Positions 53,305-64,000 of a stretch of 64,000 bases of DNA are shown here, one piece after another. The position numbers and the translations under genes are program-made. The notes beneath the pieces are model-generated. The model saw only the letters and a list, made by a program, of their open reading frames with translations. It was not told the DNA's origin and did no database searches. Origin of the DNA: a virus; the IMG/VR virus record IMGVR_UViG_3300001798_000001. One strand, given 5' to 3'. Position 1 is the first letter of the stretch; every line of letters begins with the position of its first letter.

Positions 53305-53982
53305 ATGGGAAGACCACGAAAAAAACCCGCCGTTTCCGAAGAATCAAATGTAATTGATTCCGGCATTTCGATTGTGGGTCAAATCCCGGTAGAAGAGGTT
53401 CCCCGCCCCCTTTCTCTTGAGGCCCCGGTAGGGCAGGCGCTCCCCTCCCCTACCGAGCGGGAGGGTGCCGATTTTGACTCCGAGGACGATATTTTGGAGC
53501 GGGAGGGGGCGCTCTTGGAAAAGCAGGTGGCGGAATTTTTTCAGCCGGAAGCGCTGCGTAAGATTAAGCGTGTGTGCTACTACATTTCGAAAGTGGGACT
53601 TGATTTTAACGAGGCGTGCATGATTTCAAGGGTCGCAGAAAGTGAGTATCGGCAGTGGATGGTGATGAGTCCGGCGCTCACCGAGTTGATGTCAATCAAG
53701 GAGTTGGAATACAAGGCGGCATTGATGATGACACTTGGTGCCAAGGCGCGCATGACTGGTGGCGACAAGATCGCACAGTGGCTGTTGCAGGCGAAAGGGT
53801 ATGGGCCGAAGAAGGGGACGGGCGGCGATGGCGACGGCGATGATCTCATCGCAGCGGGTATTGAGTTTGTGCGCAAAAATGGGGATTCGAATTCGTTGGT
53901 TTCCGAAACGTCGGGTCGGGCGTTTGTGGTAAGGAAGACCAAGGAGACGACGACGGATATGCTGCGCGGTCTGTTAGCATAG
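53305..53982 (+). CDS. terS: Probable terminase small subunit (second copy)
   Basis: Identical to 5124..5801. Confidence 0.6.
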   Translation: MGRPRKKPAVSEESNVIDSGISIVGQIPVEEVPRPLSLEAPVGQALPSPTEREGADFDSEDDILEREGALLEKQVAEFFQPEALRKIKRVCYYISKVGLDFNEACMISRVAESEYRQWMVMSPALTELMSIKELEYKAALMMTLGAKARMTGGDKIAQWLLQAKGYGPKKGTGGDGDGDDLIAAGIEFVRKNGDSNSLVSETSGRAFVVRKTKETTTDMLRGLLA

Positions 53983-54166
53983 AAACATGACAACGGGAGT
54001 GATGTGTCTGTGTATTGGGCCTCGTAAAAGAAACCACGGCTTATGCGTAAAGTGCGAATTGATGGTGATGAACATGTTCGATCAGTCCGGCGGGAAAACA
54101 TTCGTCGGAACCAATCGAAGATGGTCGTTCGCGGACGATCTATTCTCACGATTTTGAGAATCAAAT

Positions 54167-55723
54167 ATGCAAAACGAAACGGAAGTAAAAAAAGTTGAGG
54201 AAGTGGCGGCCGCAGAGGATTTCAATGTCACACCTGAAGAGTTTCGGGAAAAATTGCGCGACCGAAAGTGGCGGTTAAACAATTTATATTTCATTAAGGA
54301 TGAGAAGGGAAATAAGATTCTTTTCCAAATGAATCCTGTGCAGGAATATCTGCACGACAACCTTTGGTTTTTTAATATCATCCCGAAAGCACGTCAGTTG
54401 GGTATTACCACGTTCTTTGCGATCCTCTATCTCGATCAGGTTCTCTGGTCGGACAACAAAACGGCCGGTATCATTGCCCACCGCCTTGAGGACATGAAAA
54501 AAATCTTCAAGCATAAGATTAAGTACGCGTGGGACAACCTACATCCATGGCTTCGTGCGAAAATCGGCGAGCCTAATACTGACTCCGCGTACGAAATGTC
54601 ATTTCCGAACGGATCCAACATCTTCGTGTCGATGTCGACACGTTCCGGCACTGTGCAGTTTTTGCACATTTCAGAGTTTGGCCCTATCTGTCAGAAATTT
54701 CCCGATAAGGCGGAGGAAATTGTGACTGGTGCCATCAACTCCGTTCACGCGGGTCAGATGGTCTCGATTGAATCAACCGCGGCGGGACGCGACGGATATT
54801 TCTATGATTTTTGTATGGACGCAGAGAAGGCACGCAAGGAGGGGCGTGAATTGACGCCGCTCGACTTCAAGATTTTCTTTTTTCCATGGTGGATCGACAA
54901 ACGTTATTCACTCGACAATTTTGACTTCGCTCTCACGGCGGAGGAACAGCAGTATTTTGAGACACTAAAGACGCGTTACAACATTGAACTCACCGACGGA
55001 CAGAAGCGTTGGTACGCAAAGAAGAAAAAATACAATCAGGCAAAAATTTTCGAAGAGTATCCCTCAACCCTCGATGAGGCGTTCCTTGCGAATGTCGAGG
55101 GCGCGTACTACACGCGCGAGATGAACAAGGTGTATCTGTCGCGACGCATCAGGCTAGTCCCGATTGATACGTTGGTGCCGGTCGATACATGGTGGGACTT
55201 GGGTATGAATGACGACAACGTAATTCTCTTCACGCAGACGATTGGTGGTGCAATTCACTTCGTCGATCTGTATGTGAATTCTGGAGAGAATCTCGCCCAC
55301 TACGTTAAAGTATTGCAGGACAAAGGGTATCGATACGGCCACCACATTCTGCCGCATGACGTTGAGGTGCGTGATATAACCATCGGGAAGACGCGAAAGA
55401 CCGTCCTCTACGAACTTGGACTCACCAGTGTGCGTGTCGCGCCGAAGATGAATTTGCAGGATGGTATCGAGCGTGTGCGCAACCTCTTCCCACGATTTTA
55501 TTTTGATGAAGAACATTGTCAGCCGCTCACTGACTCTCTTTCGGCGTATCGGAAGGAATGGGACGCAAAACTCGGTGTCTTTAAAGATAAACCCAAGCAC
55601 GATAAAAATTCGCACATCGCAGATGCCGTGCGAACAGGTTGTTTGCTCTGGCATGAGGAAATGAAAACGACAGATGATGATGGTTATCCCCTGAAGGAGA
55701 TGGAGCAGTCGTTTTTCAGTTGA
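54167..55723 (+). CDS. terL: Terminase large subunit (second copy)
   Basis: Identical to 5986..7542. Confidence 0.95.
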   Translation: MQNETEVKKVEEVAAAEDFNVTPEEFREKLRDRKWRLNNLYFIKDEKGNKILFQMNPVQEYLHDNLWFFNIIPKARQLGITTFFAILYLDQVLWSDNKTAGIIAHRLEDMKKIFKHKIKYAWDNLHPWLRAKIGEPNTDSAYEMSFPNGSNIFVSMSTRSGTVQFLHISEFGPICQKFPDKAEEIVTGAINSVHAGQMVSIESTAAGRDGYFYDFCMDAEKARKEGRELTPLDFKIFFFPWWIDKRYSLDNFDFALTAEEQQYFETLKTRYNIELTDGQKRWYAKKKKYNQAKIFEEYPSTLDEAFLANVEGAYYTREMNKVYLSRRIRLVPIDTLVPVDTWWDLGMNDDNVILFTQTIGGAIHFVDLYVNSGENLAHYVKVLQDKGYRYGHHILPHDVEVRDITIGKTRKTVLYELGLTSVRVAPKMNLQDGIERVRNLFPRFYFDEEHCQPLTDSLSAYRKEWDAKLGVFKDKPKHDKNSHIADAVRTGCLLWHEEMKTTDDDGYPLKEMEQSFFS

Positions 55724-55874
55724 TATGGGAGAGGGACTCCAATCGGCGACGGTGGAGCATGAACATCAGTTCGGAGAACGGAGGATGTGCTACGTCTGCT
55801 TTGGTCGGTTCCGTCGGGTTTGCGACTGTGGACAATCGTATTGTGAAAATTGTAATAACGGGTAGGCTCTCAGG

Positions 55875-55945
55875 AGCGGTTTAGAGGAACGGCACCTCGC
55901 CTCGCTCATAACGAGGAGCATCCGGTTCGACTCCGGAAACCGCAA
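55875..55945 (+). tRNA. tRNA-CAT, fMet-like (second copy)
   Basis: Identical to 7694..7764. Confidence 0.92.
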
Positions 55946-56147
55946 CACGTTAACCTTGTCCATTCGGACAGCCCGGATGGTGGCCCTTGCCACTTCCGCA
56001 GATGCCACAGCCACCAGATCCGCGTGTTTCAACGGTTTCGCGAGTGTCGGGAATTTTTGGTTCTCCCTCGTGCATCTCTGAATTTTACTCCCGAAATCCA
56101 CATGTCCACTGTTGTGCTGTGGACGATTGTGTTCTAGTGGCAGTACA

Positions 56148-58220
56148 ATGGCGGTAATGGATCCCTTAAACAGCGGAGCTTCGAACCCCTTGGACGAGAA
56201 GAAGAAGTACGAGGGAGCGGCAACACCGGAGAATGAGAAAAAGCCGGGGGATGTCGAGCAAATTTATACCGAGGACGATCGGAAATATATTTCGTTTCTT
56301 CAGAGGCGTTTGGAGGATGCGAAGACTGTTCGTAATAATCCGTTGGAAGACCTTGGTGGTAAGACGTATATTCAAATCTACGAGGAGAACGAAAAAATTG
56401 CGAACACAAATCTCCCCGCAAAGAAAAATGAGGATGATGTAATTGTCTCCGCCGGTACGATCGAGGCAAAGCTCGATGCTCTACTTTCACACATTTCCAA
56501 TCTCGACCTGTCACCCGAAGTCCATGCGTTCGATCGTGAGAATAATAAATTGCAGGAGATCGGTGTTGCTCTGCAGGATGTGATTTACATGACAGAGGAA
56601 AAAGACGGCGCCGATGAGGGAGGGGATGAAGAGAAAAAACTATTACGGCAGCGTGAGCTTTTGAAACAGGGAACCGTGTTCGTACAAGAGGAGTGGTTAC
56701 GACTCTGGGAGACGAAGAAAAAATTGAAAAAAGATTTCGACGGCAAGTTTAAACAGGACGCTGAATTTTATAGTGAAGCACTCGAACTTGTTTTTGATGG
56801 GCCGTCACGCACGGTGCTACACGGGCCGAATGTGTATCTTGGAAACATTACCGAGTTTTATATGGAGAAGCAGCCGTACGTCTTTGCGGTGATCCACATG
56901 TCTCACGATGTGGCGAAAGCTAAGTACGGACGTTTTGAAAATTTCGATAAATATGTGAAGGCGGGTAATTACGTCGACAAAACCGAAGGCACCTCAACCG
57001 TCGCAGGAAAAACTATCTTCGACAATAAGTGGCGCCTCACCGAAGTGAAGAAAGATAACGTAGAGGTCATCATCTATCAAGACAAGCCTCGCGACGAATT
57101 CCAAATTCTCATCAATGGAGTCCTCATGCTTCCTATTGGCTTTCCCCTTTCGGCGGTCACTCCGGGCGGCAACTATAATATCGCGAAGCAGGTGTTCCGA
57201 GTTATTAACTCACACTTTGCCTACGGTAAATCATTCGTGTCATCGGGTGCGGTGAAGGAGGTTTCAGCACTCATCGATGAAATGCTCAAACTATTTGTAC
57301 TGAAGACACGGAAGAGTTATGCTCCACCGTATATCAATACGTCCGGTAAGGTTATTTCGAAACGCGTTCTTTCCGCAGGTCGTATCTCCATGGGTATTCC
57401 ACCCGATGCGTTGGTACCAATCGGCCAAGAAGGTCAGGGAGTTACCGCAAACGAGTACTCTATCTTGAAAGAGCTTTCCGATCGTGTCGACAAGTCGACT
57501 ATTTCTGCACAGTTCCAAGGGCAGTCAGGAAAGTCAGGTCAGACCGCGACCGAAACGGTTGAACTGCAGCGTCAAGCAAAACTGACGCTCGGTCTAGCGA
57601 TCGCTGCGTGTTCATTCTTGGAGAAAAAACTCGGTTATCTTCGCTTGTGGAATATCCTTGAAAATTGGTTTGAACCTATTGATACGAAACTTGTTCTCAT
57701 CGACAACGAGCGTCGTGAAATGAATCGTTACAGGAACTCATTCCGTGAGACAAATATCGAAGGTGAGGGATTTGGCGCGCGACAGGTTATCACGGTCGAC
57801 GGTATGGTTCCTGCTCCTGAAACGATTCGAGAACTTGAACGACGTGAGAGTGAAAAATATGGCTTCCCGATCCGCAAGGTATATCTTTCTTATAATGGTC
57901 TTAAAAGCGCCCGGCTGAAATGGTACATCACGGTGACGCCACGCGAGAAAGAAACGTCAGCATTGAATAAACTCACATTCCGTGAAGACTTGAATGATGT
58001 GCTTGCGTTGATGCAGATGGGTTCTATACCGAACGTCGGAGGATTGGAGGAAGAGTTCGCGACTTCACGCGGCAAGAAACGTCAAAAGTATTTTGCGACA
58101 GCAACAGCTATGGGGCCATCCAATCTTGCGGGTGTTTCACCATCTTCAATTAGAGGGCAACTCAACGGCTCCGGAGGCGGTTCGAGTTTATCAGTAAACA
58201 CGACGGTACCCTCGTCGTAA
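56148..58220 (+). CDS. Portal protein (second copy)
   Basis: Identical to 7967..10039. Confidence 0.82.
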   Translation: MAVMDPLNSGASNPLDEKKKYEGAATPENEKKPGDVEQIYTEDDRKYISFLQRRLEDAKTVRNNPLEDLGGKTYIQIYEENEKIANTNLPAKKNEDDVIVSAGTIEAKLDALLSHISNLDLSPEVHAFDRENNKLQEIGVALQDVIYMTEEKDGADEGGDEEKKLLRQRELLKQGTVFVQEEWLRLWETKKKLKKDFDGKFKQDAEFYSEALELVFDGPSRTVLHGPNVYLGNITEFYMEKQPYVFAVIHMSHDVAKAKYGRFENFDKYVKAGNYVDKTEGTSTVAGKTIFDNKWRLTEVKKDNVEVIIYQDKPRDEFQILINGVLMLPIGFPLSAVTPGGNYNIAKQVFRVINSHFAYGKSFVSSGAVKEVSALIDEMLKLFVLKTRKSYAPPYINTSGKVISKRVLSAGRISMGIPPDALVPIGQEGQGVTANEYSILKELSDRVDKSTISAQFQGQSGKSGQTATETVELQRQAKLTLGLAIAACSFLEKKLGYLRLWNILENWFEPIDTKLVLIDNERREMNRYRNSFRETNIEGEGFGARQVITVDGMVPAPETIRELERRESEKYGFPIRKVYLSYNGLKSARLKWYITVTPREKETSALNKLTFREDLNDVLALMQMGSIPNVGGLEEEFATSRGKKRQKYFATATAMGPSNLAGVSPSSIRGQLNGSGGGSSLSVNTTVPSS

Positions 58221-58751
58221 TCTTATAAAACGGTGATATGAAACGGTATTTTTTGTTCGGCCCCGATGTGGTGGAGAAATCCACAGTTGATGATGAGTTG
58301 GTTAAATTGCGTGCTACTGTAAAGGATAGGGACGCACGCATTCTCGGTCTTCGGACTGAAAATGCGGCGCTTAAACTCCGTAAGCAAGCGGAACGTCCGG
58401 TCATTGACCCACTGTTGGGCGACCCGACTCCGAAGGATACGACAGAGCGCAAGATGTACGTCGCGGGCGTCGCGGGTTTCTACCACGATTACTTCGAACG
58501 TAAGTTGATGTCGATGCTTGGCGAGGTGCGAATGCAACTCGAAAAGTTTGACAGCACTCTTTCCTCTGACGGAACCCGTATCCACGGATATACGCCGCAA
58601 GAATTCGATTTGATTCTGAAAGGCACGGCCAATGCGCTATGGCTTCTCCACGATTGGGGAGAACAGATGCGGAACGAACACGTCGCATACGTCAACCCGA
58701 GTATTAACGGTGAAGAGCGCGAATTATTAAACGAAATAGCATCATAAAATC

Positions 58752-59411
58752 ATGGGAAAGTACTTCGATAAGGATGGTAATGAGGTAGAGGCGTTCTCTA
58801 AGGACGAACTCGAAACTGAAAAGAAAACCGCACTCGATGCGTATCTTAAAGACCATCCCGATCAGTCAAACGAATTGGCAGAGGCAACGAAAAAGGTTGA
58901 GGATCTCACTAAACAGATTGAGGAGAACGGCGGCACCATGACCGATGGTCAGAAGAAGCGCCTCCTTGAAGATAAAAAGGCTGCAGAGGATCTTGTTAAA
59001 ACCGTCACTGAAAAATTTACCAAGGAAATGGGCGAGTTCAAAGAGAGCGTCTTCGGCGGCTTTAGGAATAAAGCGTTGAATACACTTTCTGGCGGCGATA
59101 AAGAAAAGGCAGAGAAGATCCAAGCTCGTTACGATTCTCTAATGAAAACCGGAGACTACAAGTTGGACGAAGAAGGAATTGCGAAAGCGATGTCCGAGGC
59201 TGCGACGTTGGTCAATGGTGCAGCGCCGAAGCCGGGTTGGATGGATAACATGACAAGTTCCGGGGCGGGTGGTGCGGGCCAAGTCCACAAGGGTGCCGCG
59301 GGTGCGGATAGTCCGAACGCTGTTGCAATCGGAAACATGCTTGGTGTTACTGATGCTGATCGCGCAAAGTATCCGACACAAGGTGACAGTCAGGAGGTAA
59401 AAAATAATTAA
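58752..59411 (+). CDS. Probable scaffolding protein (second copy)
   Basis: Identical to 10571..11230. Confidence 0.65.
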   Translation: MGKYFDKDGNEVEAFSKDELETEKKTALDAYLKDHPDQSNELAEATKKVEDLTKQIEENGGTMTDGQKKRLLEDKKAAEDLVKTVTEKFTKEMGEFKESVFGGFRNKALNTLSGGDKEKAEKIQARYDSLMKTGDYKLDEEGIAKAMSEAATLVNGAAPKPGWMDNMTSSGAGGAGQVHKGAAGADSPNAVAIGNMLGVTDADRAKYPTQGDSQEVKNN

Positions 59412-60726
59412 CAAATACTATGGAAAATAATCAAGGCGCACAAGTAGGAGAGGGAAATGTTTCGGTAAGTGACCCGAAAGTTCTTCAGACGACACCACCT
59501 GTAAGTCAGACTCCGCGCTCGACGCCGCCTAAATCAGAAACACCGCAAACTCCTCCGTCGGTGGGCGACGAAGGGGAAATGGTAAGCATCCCTAAAACCG
59601 TTCTTGAGAACGTCCTCAATCGCCTTGAAAAGGTCGAGGGCGAGGCAGAACTGCTTCGTGGCGCCGCAGATCAGAACAAACTAATTGCGATTCAGAATAT
59701 GCGGAACGCCGGGAAACTGGTGAAATCCGCACAGGTTTCGACCTACAGTGGAAAGGTAGTTATCGGGTGGAAGATAGTGAAAGATGATGTTCACTTTGAG
59801 GGTGAAAAATTGGTTGAAGAGCAGATCGTGAAAGTCTTCTTCGAAGACAAGACCGATCAGGAAATGTCGTTGCGTCTCTTTAACTCAAACCTCGGCAAGA
59901 GGAAGGGAGAAATCATCGAAGAGTCGAAAGATAAAGATGGTGTCGTTCGATTCAAGGTGCAGTTCAACGATGGCAAAGAGGTAGTTATCGGTGGTGCGTA
60001 CATCAACTAATATGTCGGACGAAAAAAAATACGTCGGGAAATTTTTCGGGCCGCGTAAAATTGAATCTCTGAAAGAGATTGCAGGCTATAAAACCGCCGG
60101 TGGTGTCCGCGCGTTTACCGTGACGTACGATGGTGGCTTCATTGAAACGCTCACCGAGCTTTCTCTCGCAGCTGCTACTACTGACGAAGCGAAGGATTTC
60201 AACTTCATACAGGATAGACGATTCGAAGGCATGGTACCAAAGGTGCTTTCCATCATGAACGATTACGATCTTCCTGCGTACCAGTTGAACGCATTCTTCC
60301 AGAAGTGCCTCGGATCCCTTCAGGCGAATTTCGATCGCGCGTTGCAGTACAAGTGGACTGGTGATGATTCTCGCTATGTTCCCGGCTCGAACCCGACTGA
60401 CGACGTAACGCTTGTTGAGACCGATATCGTGTTGAAGAAAATTGCCGATGAAAAAAGAGGTTGAAATCACCGAAAAGGATATTCTTCCGTTGCACCAGAA
60501 TGAAATTGATCTTCTCTGGTTTCTTCGGAATCGGTACCGTTTTGGTGAAGTTACCCTTCTTATGCGCGATGGTTTACCACAGGACTTGATAAAGACTGTG
60601 GAACGCAGGAGAATGGGTACAGGTGAATATCCACAGTCTGAAGGTTGATGCCATTGTGGGTCAATCGTATGCAGGATATACTCTGATTGCAGTACCTTTA
60701 CAGAACGAATAGCGTCCCACCGAAAC

Positions 60727-60897
60727 AAGGCGGACATGTGAGACCACTCCTTTGGGAGTCAAGTCTCTGTGTTCGCCTTTTTTCGTGGTTGGACACAGCG
60801 AGCCGTCACCGTTCGGCTCGCGGTGTCCGTCTGCGAGACGGAAATCGGGGAGAAAACCCTAGTTAAAAACCTTGCTATGGAATCTACAGTGGATTCC
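60727..60897 (+). ncRNA. Structured capsid-operon leader (second copy)
   Basis: Identical to 12546..12716. Confidence 0.65.
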
Positions 60898-60964
60898 TGC
60901 GGAGACGAAACTCTAGTCAACAAACGAGCAACTTATTAAGACTGGTCTAAAGATTAAAAACTTT

Positions 60965-61378
60965 ATGGCATTCGTTCACAAAAAGGGAAAGACTCGTCTT
61001 GAGTGGCTCCCTGTTACTACGTCAACTGCGCTCGCAATCGATACGATTGTTGAGTGGACTTCCGGTTTAATCGCCGGTGCAGATGACAACGATACATACG
61101 TCGCGGGCGTTCTTGCGAAGACAATCGCATCTACGGACGATGACTATGCTACGTCTCGTAAAGTCCCCGTTCGTATTCCTGTTGAACGTCATGTTCTTTG
61201 GGAGGCAGATACTGCTGACACTTTCGTGCAGGCAACTCACGGCGGCGTTGAATGCGGTATCGTCGACTCTGCAAACCTTGACCTCGACGACACTACGAAC
61301 GACGTGTTCCTTCCGATAGGCCCCGGCAGCACATCACTGAAGGTGATTGGCTACTTGAAGGTCAACGGTGCTTATTAA
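60965..61378 (+). CDS. Capsid decoration protein (second copy)
   Basis: Identical to 12784..13197. Confidence 0.65.
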   Translation: MAFVHKKGKTRLEWLPVTTSTALAIDTIVEWTSGLIAGADDNDTYVAGVLAKTIASTDDDYATSRKVPVRIPVERHVLWEADTADTFVQATHGGVECGIVDSANLDLDDTTNDVFLPIGPGSTSLKVIGYLKVNGAY

Positions 61379-61396
61379 GCAATTAGTTATTGATTT

Positions 61397-62413
61397 ATGC
61401 CTGAATTAAACACACAAGTTCTCGCGGATTTCGTGCGTAATGCGGAAATCCTCTGGCACAAGGGTGCTGATTCAATTCCGCAGGTTCTCCGGAACTCTGG
61501 TCTCGTGAAAGAGATACCAGTCCCCCAGATGACTGGCAACGTTCGAGAATTCTCGGAAGTTGAATTGGAGCAGTACGCTCGTAAGAAGAACGAAGGCGAC
61601 GACGCAATTCGTGCGCGCGTTCAGCAAGGCTATACCAAGACCGCGACCTTGAAGCGGTATGGTATGGACATCTCGATTACTTACGAGATGCGTACGCAGG
61701 GTAAGTATTTCGAGATGAAGCAGAAGCTGACTAACCTCGGCCAACTCTGTCCCAATCGTCTCGACCTCGATCTCTCGCACCGCCTCGGCTTCGGATCGGC
61801 TACGGCCTACACCGACATGGACGGTGAAAGCGTCGACGTAACTGTCGGCGACACGCTCGCGCTGTACTCTACGGTACACACGTTGCGTGGTTCTTCTACG
61901 ACCTTCCGCAACCGTCTCGCAAACTCGCCGCAGCTTTCTTACGGCGCTTTAGAGGCAATGGAGAAGATGCGTAAGGAGAACACCTACAATCAGTTCGGCC
62001 AGAAGATGACCATCCCTGATGACATTCTTTGGACGACTGATGATCCGAACACGGTTAACACGGCAAAGAAATTGCTCGGTTCGACGGCATCGCCGGATCA
62101 GGCAAACTCCAACGTGACGAATCCGTATTCGGGTAAGTACCGCCACCTCTCGCTTCCTCGCCTCGCGACGGATGCGAATGGCGCTCCTGACACGACCAAG
62201 GCAAAGTATTGGGGAGTTGCATCTACGATGAACTCAACGTTCTTCCTCGGCGTTCATGAGGAACCTCGGTTGAAGTCCCCTATGTCTACTGGCGGTGTAA
62301 ACCCCGAAGACATGTCGAACGACAACTGGCAGTTCGGTACTCGCGCCGGATACTTCCTCTGCATCGTCTCTGCCTCTTGGGTCGGCGTATCGTACGGTGA
62401 TGGTACAGCCTAG
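61397..62413 (+). CDS. Major capsid protein (second copy)
   Basis: Identical to 13216..14232. Confidence 0.85.
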   Translation: MPELNTQVLADFVRNAEILWHKGADSIPQVLRNSGLVKEIPVPQMTGNVREFSEVELEQYARKKNEGDDAIRARVQQGYTKTATLKRYGMDISITYEMRTQGKYFEMKQKLTNLGQLCPNRLDLDLSHRLGFGSATAYTDMDGESVDVTVGDTLALYSTVHTLRGSSTTFRNRLANSPQLSYGALEAMEKMRKENTYNQFGQKMTIPDDILWTTDDPNTVNTAKKLLGSTASPDQANSNVTNPYSGKYRHLSLPRLATDANGAPDTTKAKYWGVASTMNSTFFLGVHEEPRLKSPMSTGGVNPEDMSNDNWQFGTRAGYFLCIVSASWVGVSYGDGTA

Positions 62414-62499
62414 TTACTAAACGTGGTTGGGGCGGCATTTAGCCGCCCTTCTCCACATAAGAACCTTCGGTAAGTGGCGAAGTAAAAAACCACAAACTC

Positions 62500-63441
62500 A
62501 TGTCTGATAATCAACTTTCTAGGTACGGTGCGATATCAAAGGTTCTTCCTTTGATGAATCCGGGAGCGAAGGTGTTCTTCGTCGGCCCGTCTGCTGCTGC
62601 ATGGTACGGAGACTTCATCAACGTCTTTGGGCCTGATTCAGAGGGCGGAAACCGTGTGTTCAACGATCTCGATACTGCGATCAGCGACTCAAACGTCGTT
62701 GCGTCTCGCGGTGACGTGATTCTTGTTCTCCCCGGCTATTCAGAGACAATTACTGGCACCGACATCGTTGTCGATAAGGCCGGTTTGTCTATCATCGGAA
62801 TTGGCCAAGGCTCTCTGATGCCGACCATTTCTCACAACAACGCAGTCGCGGAGGTTTCGATCGCCGCAGACAATGTGTTGTGGAAAGGGTTCCGTCACCG
62901 TGCGGACGTCACATCTGTGGCAATCGGTATCGAGATTGAAGACGGTGTTGACTACACCGCAATTAAGGATTGTCTGTTTGATGTAGTGGCGACTGGAACT
63001 GATGAGTTCACTGCGTCGATCCACATGGTCAACGACAATACCGGAACCGTGATTGAAGGAAATACCTTCCACATGGGCCTTGCGGCTGCGGTTGCGGCAA
63101 TCCACATGGATGCTGACACTGCAGACACGGTAATTCGAAAGAATTATGCTGATGGCGATTATTCGACGGCGGTTATCGTCGGCGATACTACGCTTTCAAC
63201 CGGTCTTTTGATCGAGGATAACCTTCTCATCAACGGCCTCGCAAGCAACATCGGAACTGAACCGGGAATCGAACTGCTCACAGGTACGACTGGTATCATC
63301 CGTCGGAATGACATCGTGTGTAACCTCGCAACGAAGGCAGCATCTATCGTCGCTGATACCTGCTTCCTCTTCGAGAACCACTACAACGAAGACATTACTG
63401 GCACTGGTGGTCTCATTGGTACTGCATCCGCAGACGACTAA
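62500..63441 (+). CDS. Beta-helix virion protein (second copy)
   Basis: Identical to 14319..15260. Confidence 0.75.
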   Translation: MSDNQLSRYGAISKVLPLMNPGAKVFFVGPSAAAWYGDFINVFGPDSEGGNRVFNDLDTAISDSNVVASRGDVILVLPGYSETITGTDIVVDKAGLSIIGIGQGSLMPTISHNNAVAEVSIAADNVLWKGFRHRADVTSVAIGIEIEDGVDYTAIKDCLFDVVATGTDEFTASIHMVNDNTGTVIEGNTFHMGLAAAVAAIHMDADTADTVIRKNYADGDYSTAVIVGDTTLSTGLLIEDNLLINGLASNIGTEPGIELLTGTTGIIRRNDIVCNLATKAASIVADTCFLFENHYNEDITGTGGLIGTASADD

Positions 63442-63515
63442 CCCTCGTGGTCTCGCTCTGTCCCCTTTCTGGGGACAGCGACGAGGCCGAGAGATTAACA
63501 AGGTAAAATGAACTT

Positions 63516-64000
63516 ATGAGAGATTTCAAAGAATACGTCATCTTCGATAGTGTGACTCCGCAGACGCTTACGTCTTCGACGAACGCCTCTCCTACAGTCA
63601 TCACAAAAACCTCGCATGGACTCTCAACAGGAGACCGTGTGTTGATCTTCGGTCATACCACAAACACGAATGCAAACGGTATTTGGGATGTTGTACGCGT
63701 TGATGCAAACACATTTAAGATAAAAGACATCCATACTGGTGTTGAAGTCAACGCTAACGGTATCGGAGCAGACGGATTTGTTATGACCGCACCTAAAGTT
63801 CTTCTCGTCAGCGACTTTAGGCACATGACGCTTCATGTGAACACAGCATCGTCTGGGAACATGACATTCAAATTTGCCGGTTCGCTTGGAAAAAATCGTG
63901 CTGACGCGACTCCGATTTCTGGTGACTGTCCGAACTTCGGTGCGACACAATCAGATACAAATCCGTATAGTTTTATCGCAACTTACAATCTTGAAGACGC
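63516..64000 (+). CDS. FCCH-like virion protein (second copy, truncated by the window end)
   Basis: Matches the start of 15335..15976. Confidence 0.7.
   Translation, partial: MRDFKEYVIFDSVTPQTLTSSTNASPTVITKTSHGLSTGDRVLIFGHTTNTNANGIWDVVRVDANTFKIKDIHTGVEVNANGIGADGFVMTAPKVLLVSDFRHMTLHVNTASSGNMTFKFAGSLGKNRADATPISGDCPNFGATQSDTNPYSFIATYNLED

Larger units (their letters stand above)
48182..64000 (+). repeat. Direct repeat of positions 1..15819 (genome unit length 48,181 bp)
   Basis: Every ORF in 1..15819 recurs with identical translation at +48181; the window end ttgaagacgc matches 15810..15819. Confidence 0.98.

Noticed and set aside
1-64000. CRISPR array or mini-array
   Set aside because: I found no regularly spaced 25-45-bp repeats in any intergenic gap I read.

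Overview
The window holds one complete 48,181-bp dsDNA phage genome (1..48181) followed by an apparently exact head-to-tail repeat of its first 15,819 bp (48182..64000). An ORF runs intact across the junction, so this is a circular or concatemeric genome. Layout: a leftward early/anti-defence region with an Ocr-like DNA mimic (47.3-48.2 kb wrapping to 1-3.6 kb); an AT-rich control region; an Xer-like tyrosine recombinase; terS/terL; a CAT-anticodon tRNA; portal, scaffold and capsid genes; podovirus-like tail and ejection proteins; a double lysis cassette; a leftward nucleotide/recombination module; a rightward replication and methylation module; and a leftward accessory module with a Fic protein. 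Genes lack Shine-Dalgarno sites while promoters are sigma70-like, which suggests a Patescibacteria/CPR-type host (inference). The most notable observations are a Dam-like methyltransferase interrupted at a G8 tract, a ~270-nt highly structured RNA-like element upstream of ssb, and DnaA-like boxes in helical phase with leaderless promoters. Others are an initiator-like tRNA lacking the three G:C anticodon-stem pairs, an ATA-start endolysin coupled to a 6-codon uORF, a 38-bp perfect palindrome, and several unannotated Cys-rich microproteins including a metallothionein-like one. All annotation is by eye and from remembered family motifs; no searches were run.
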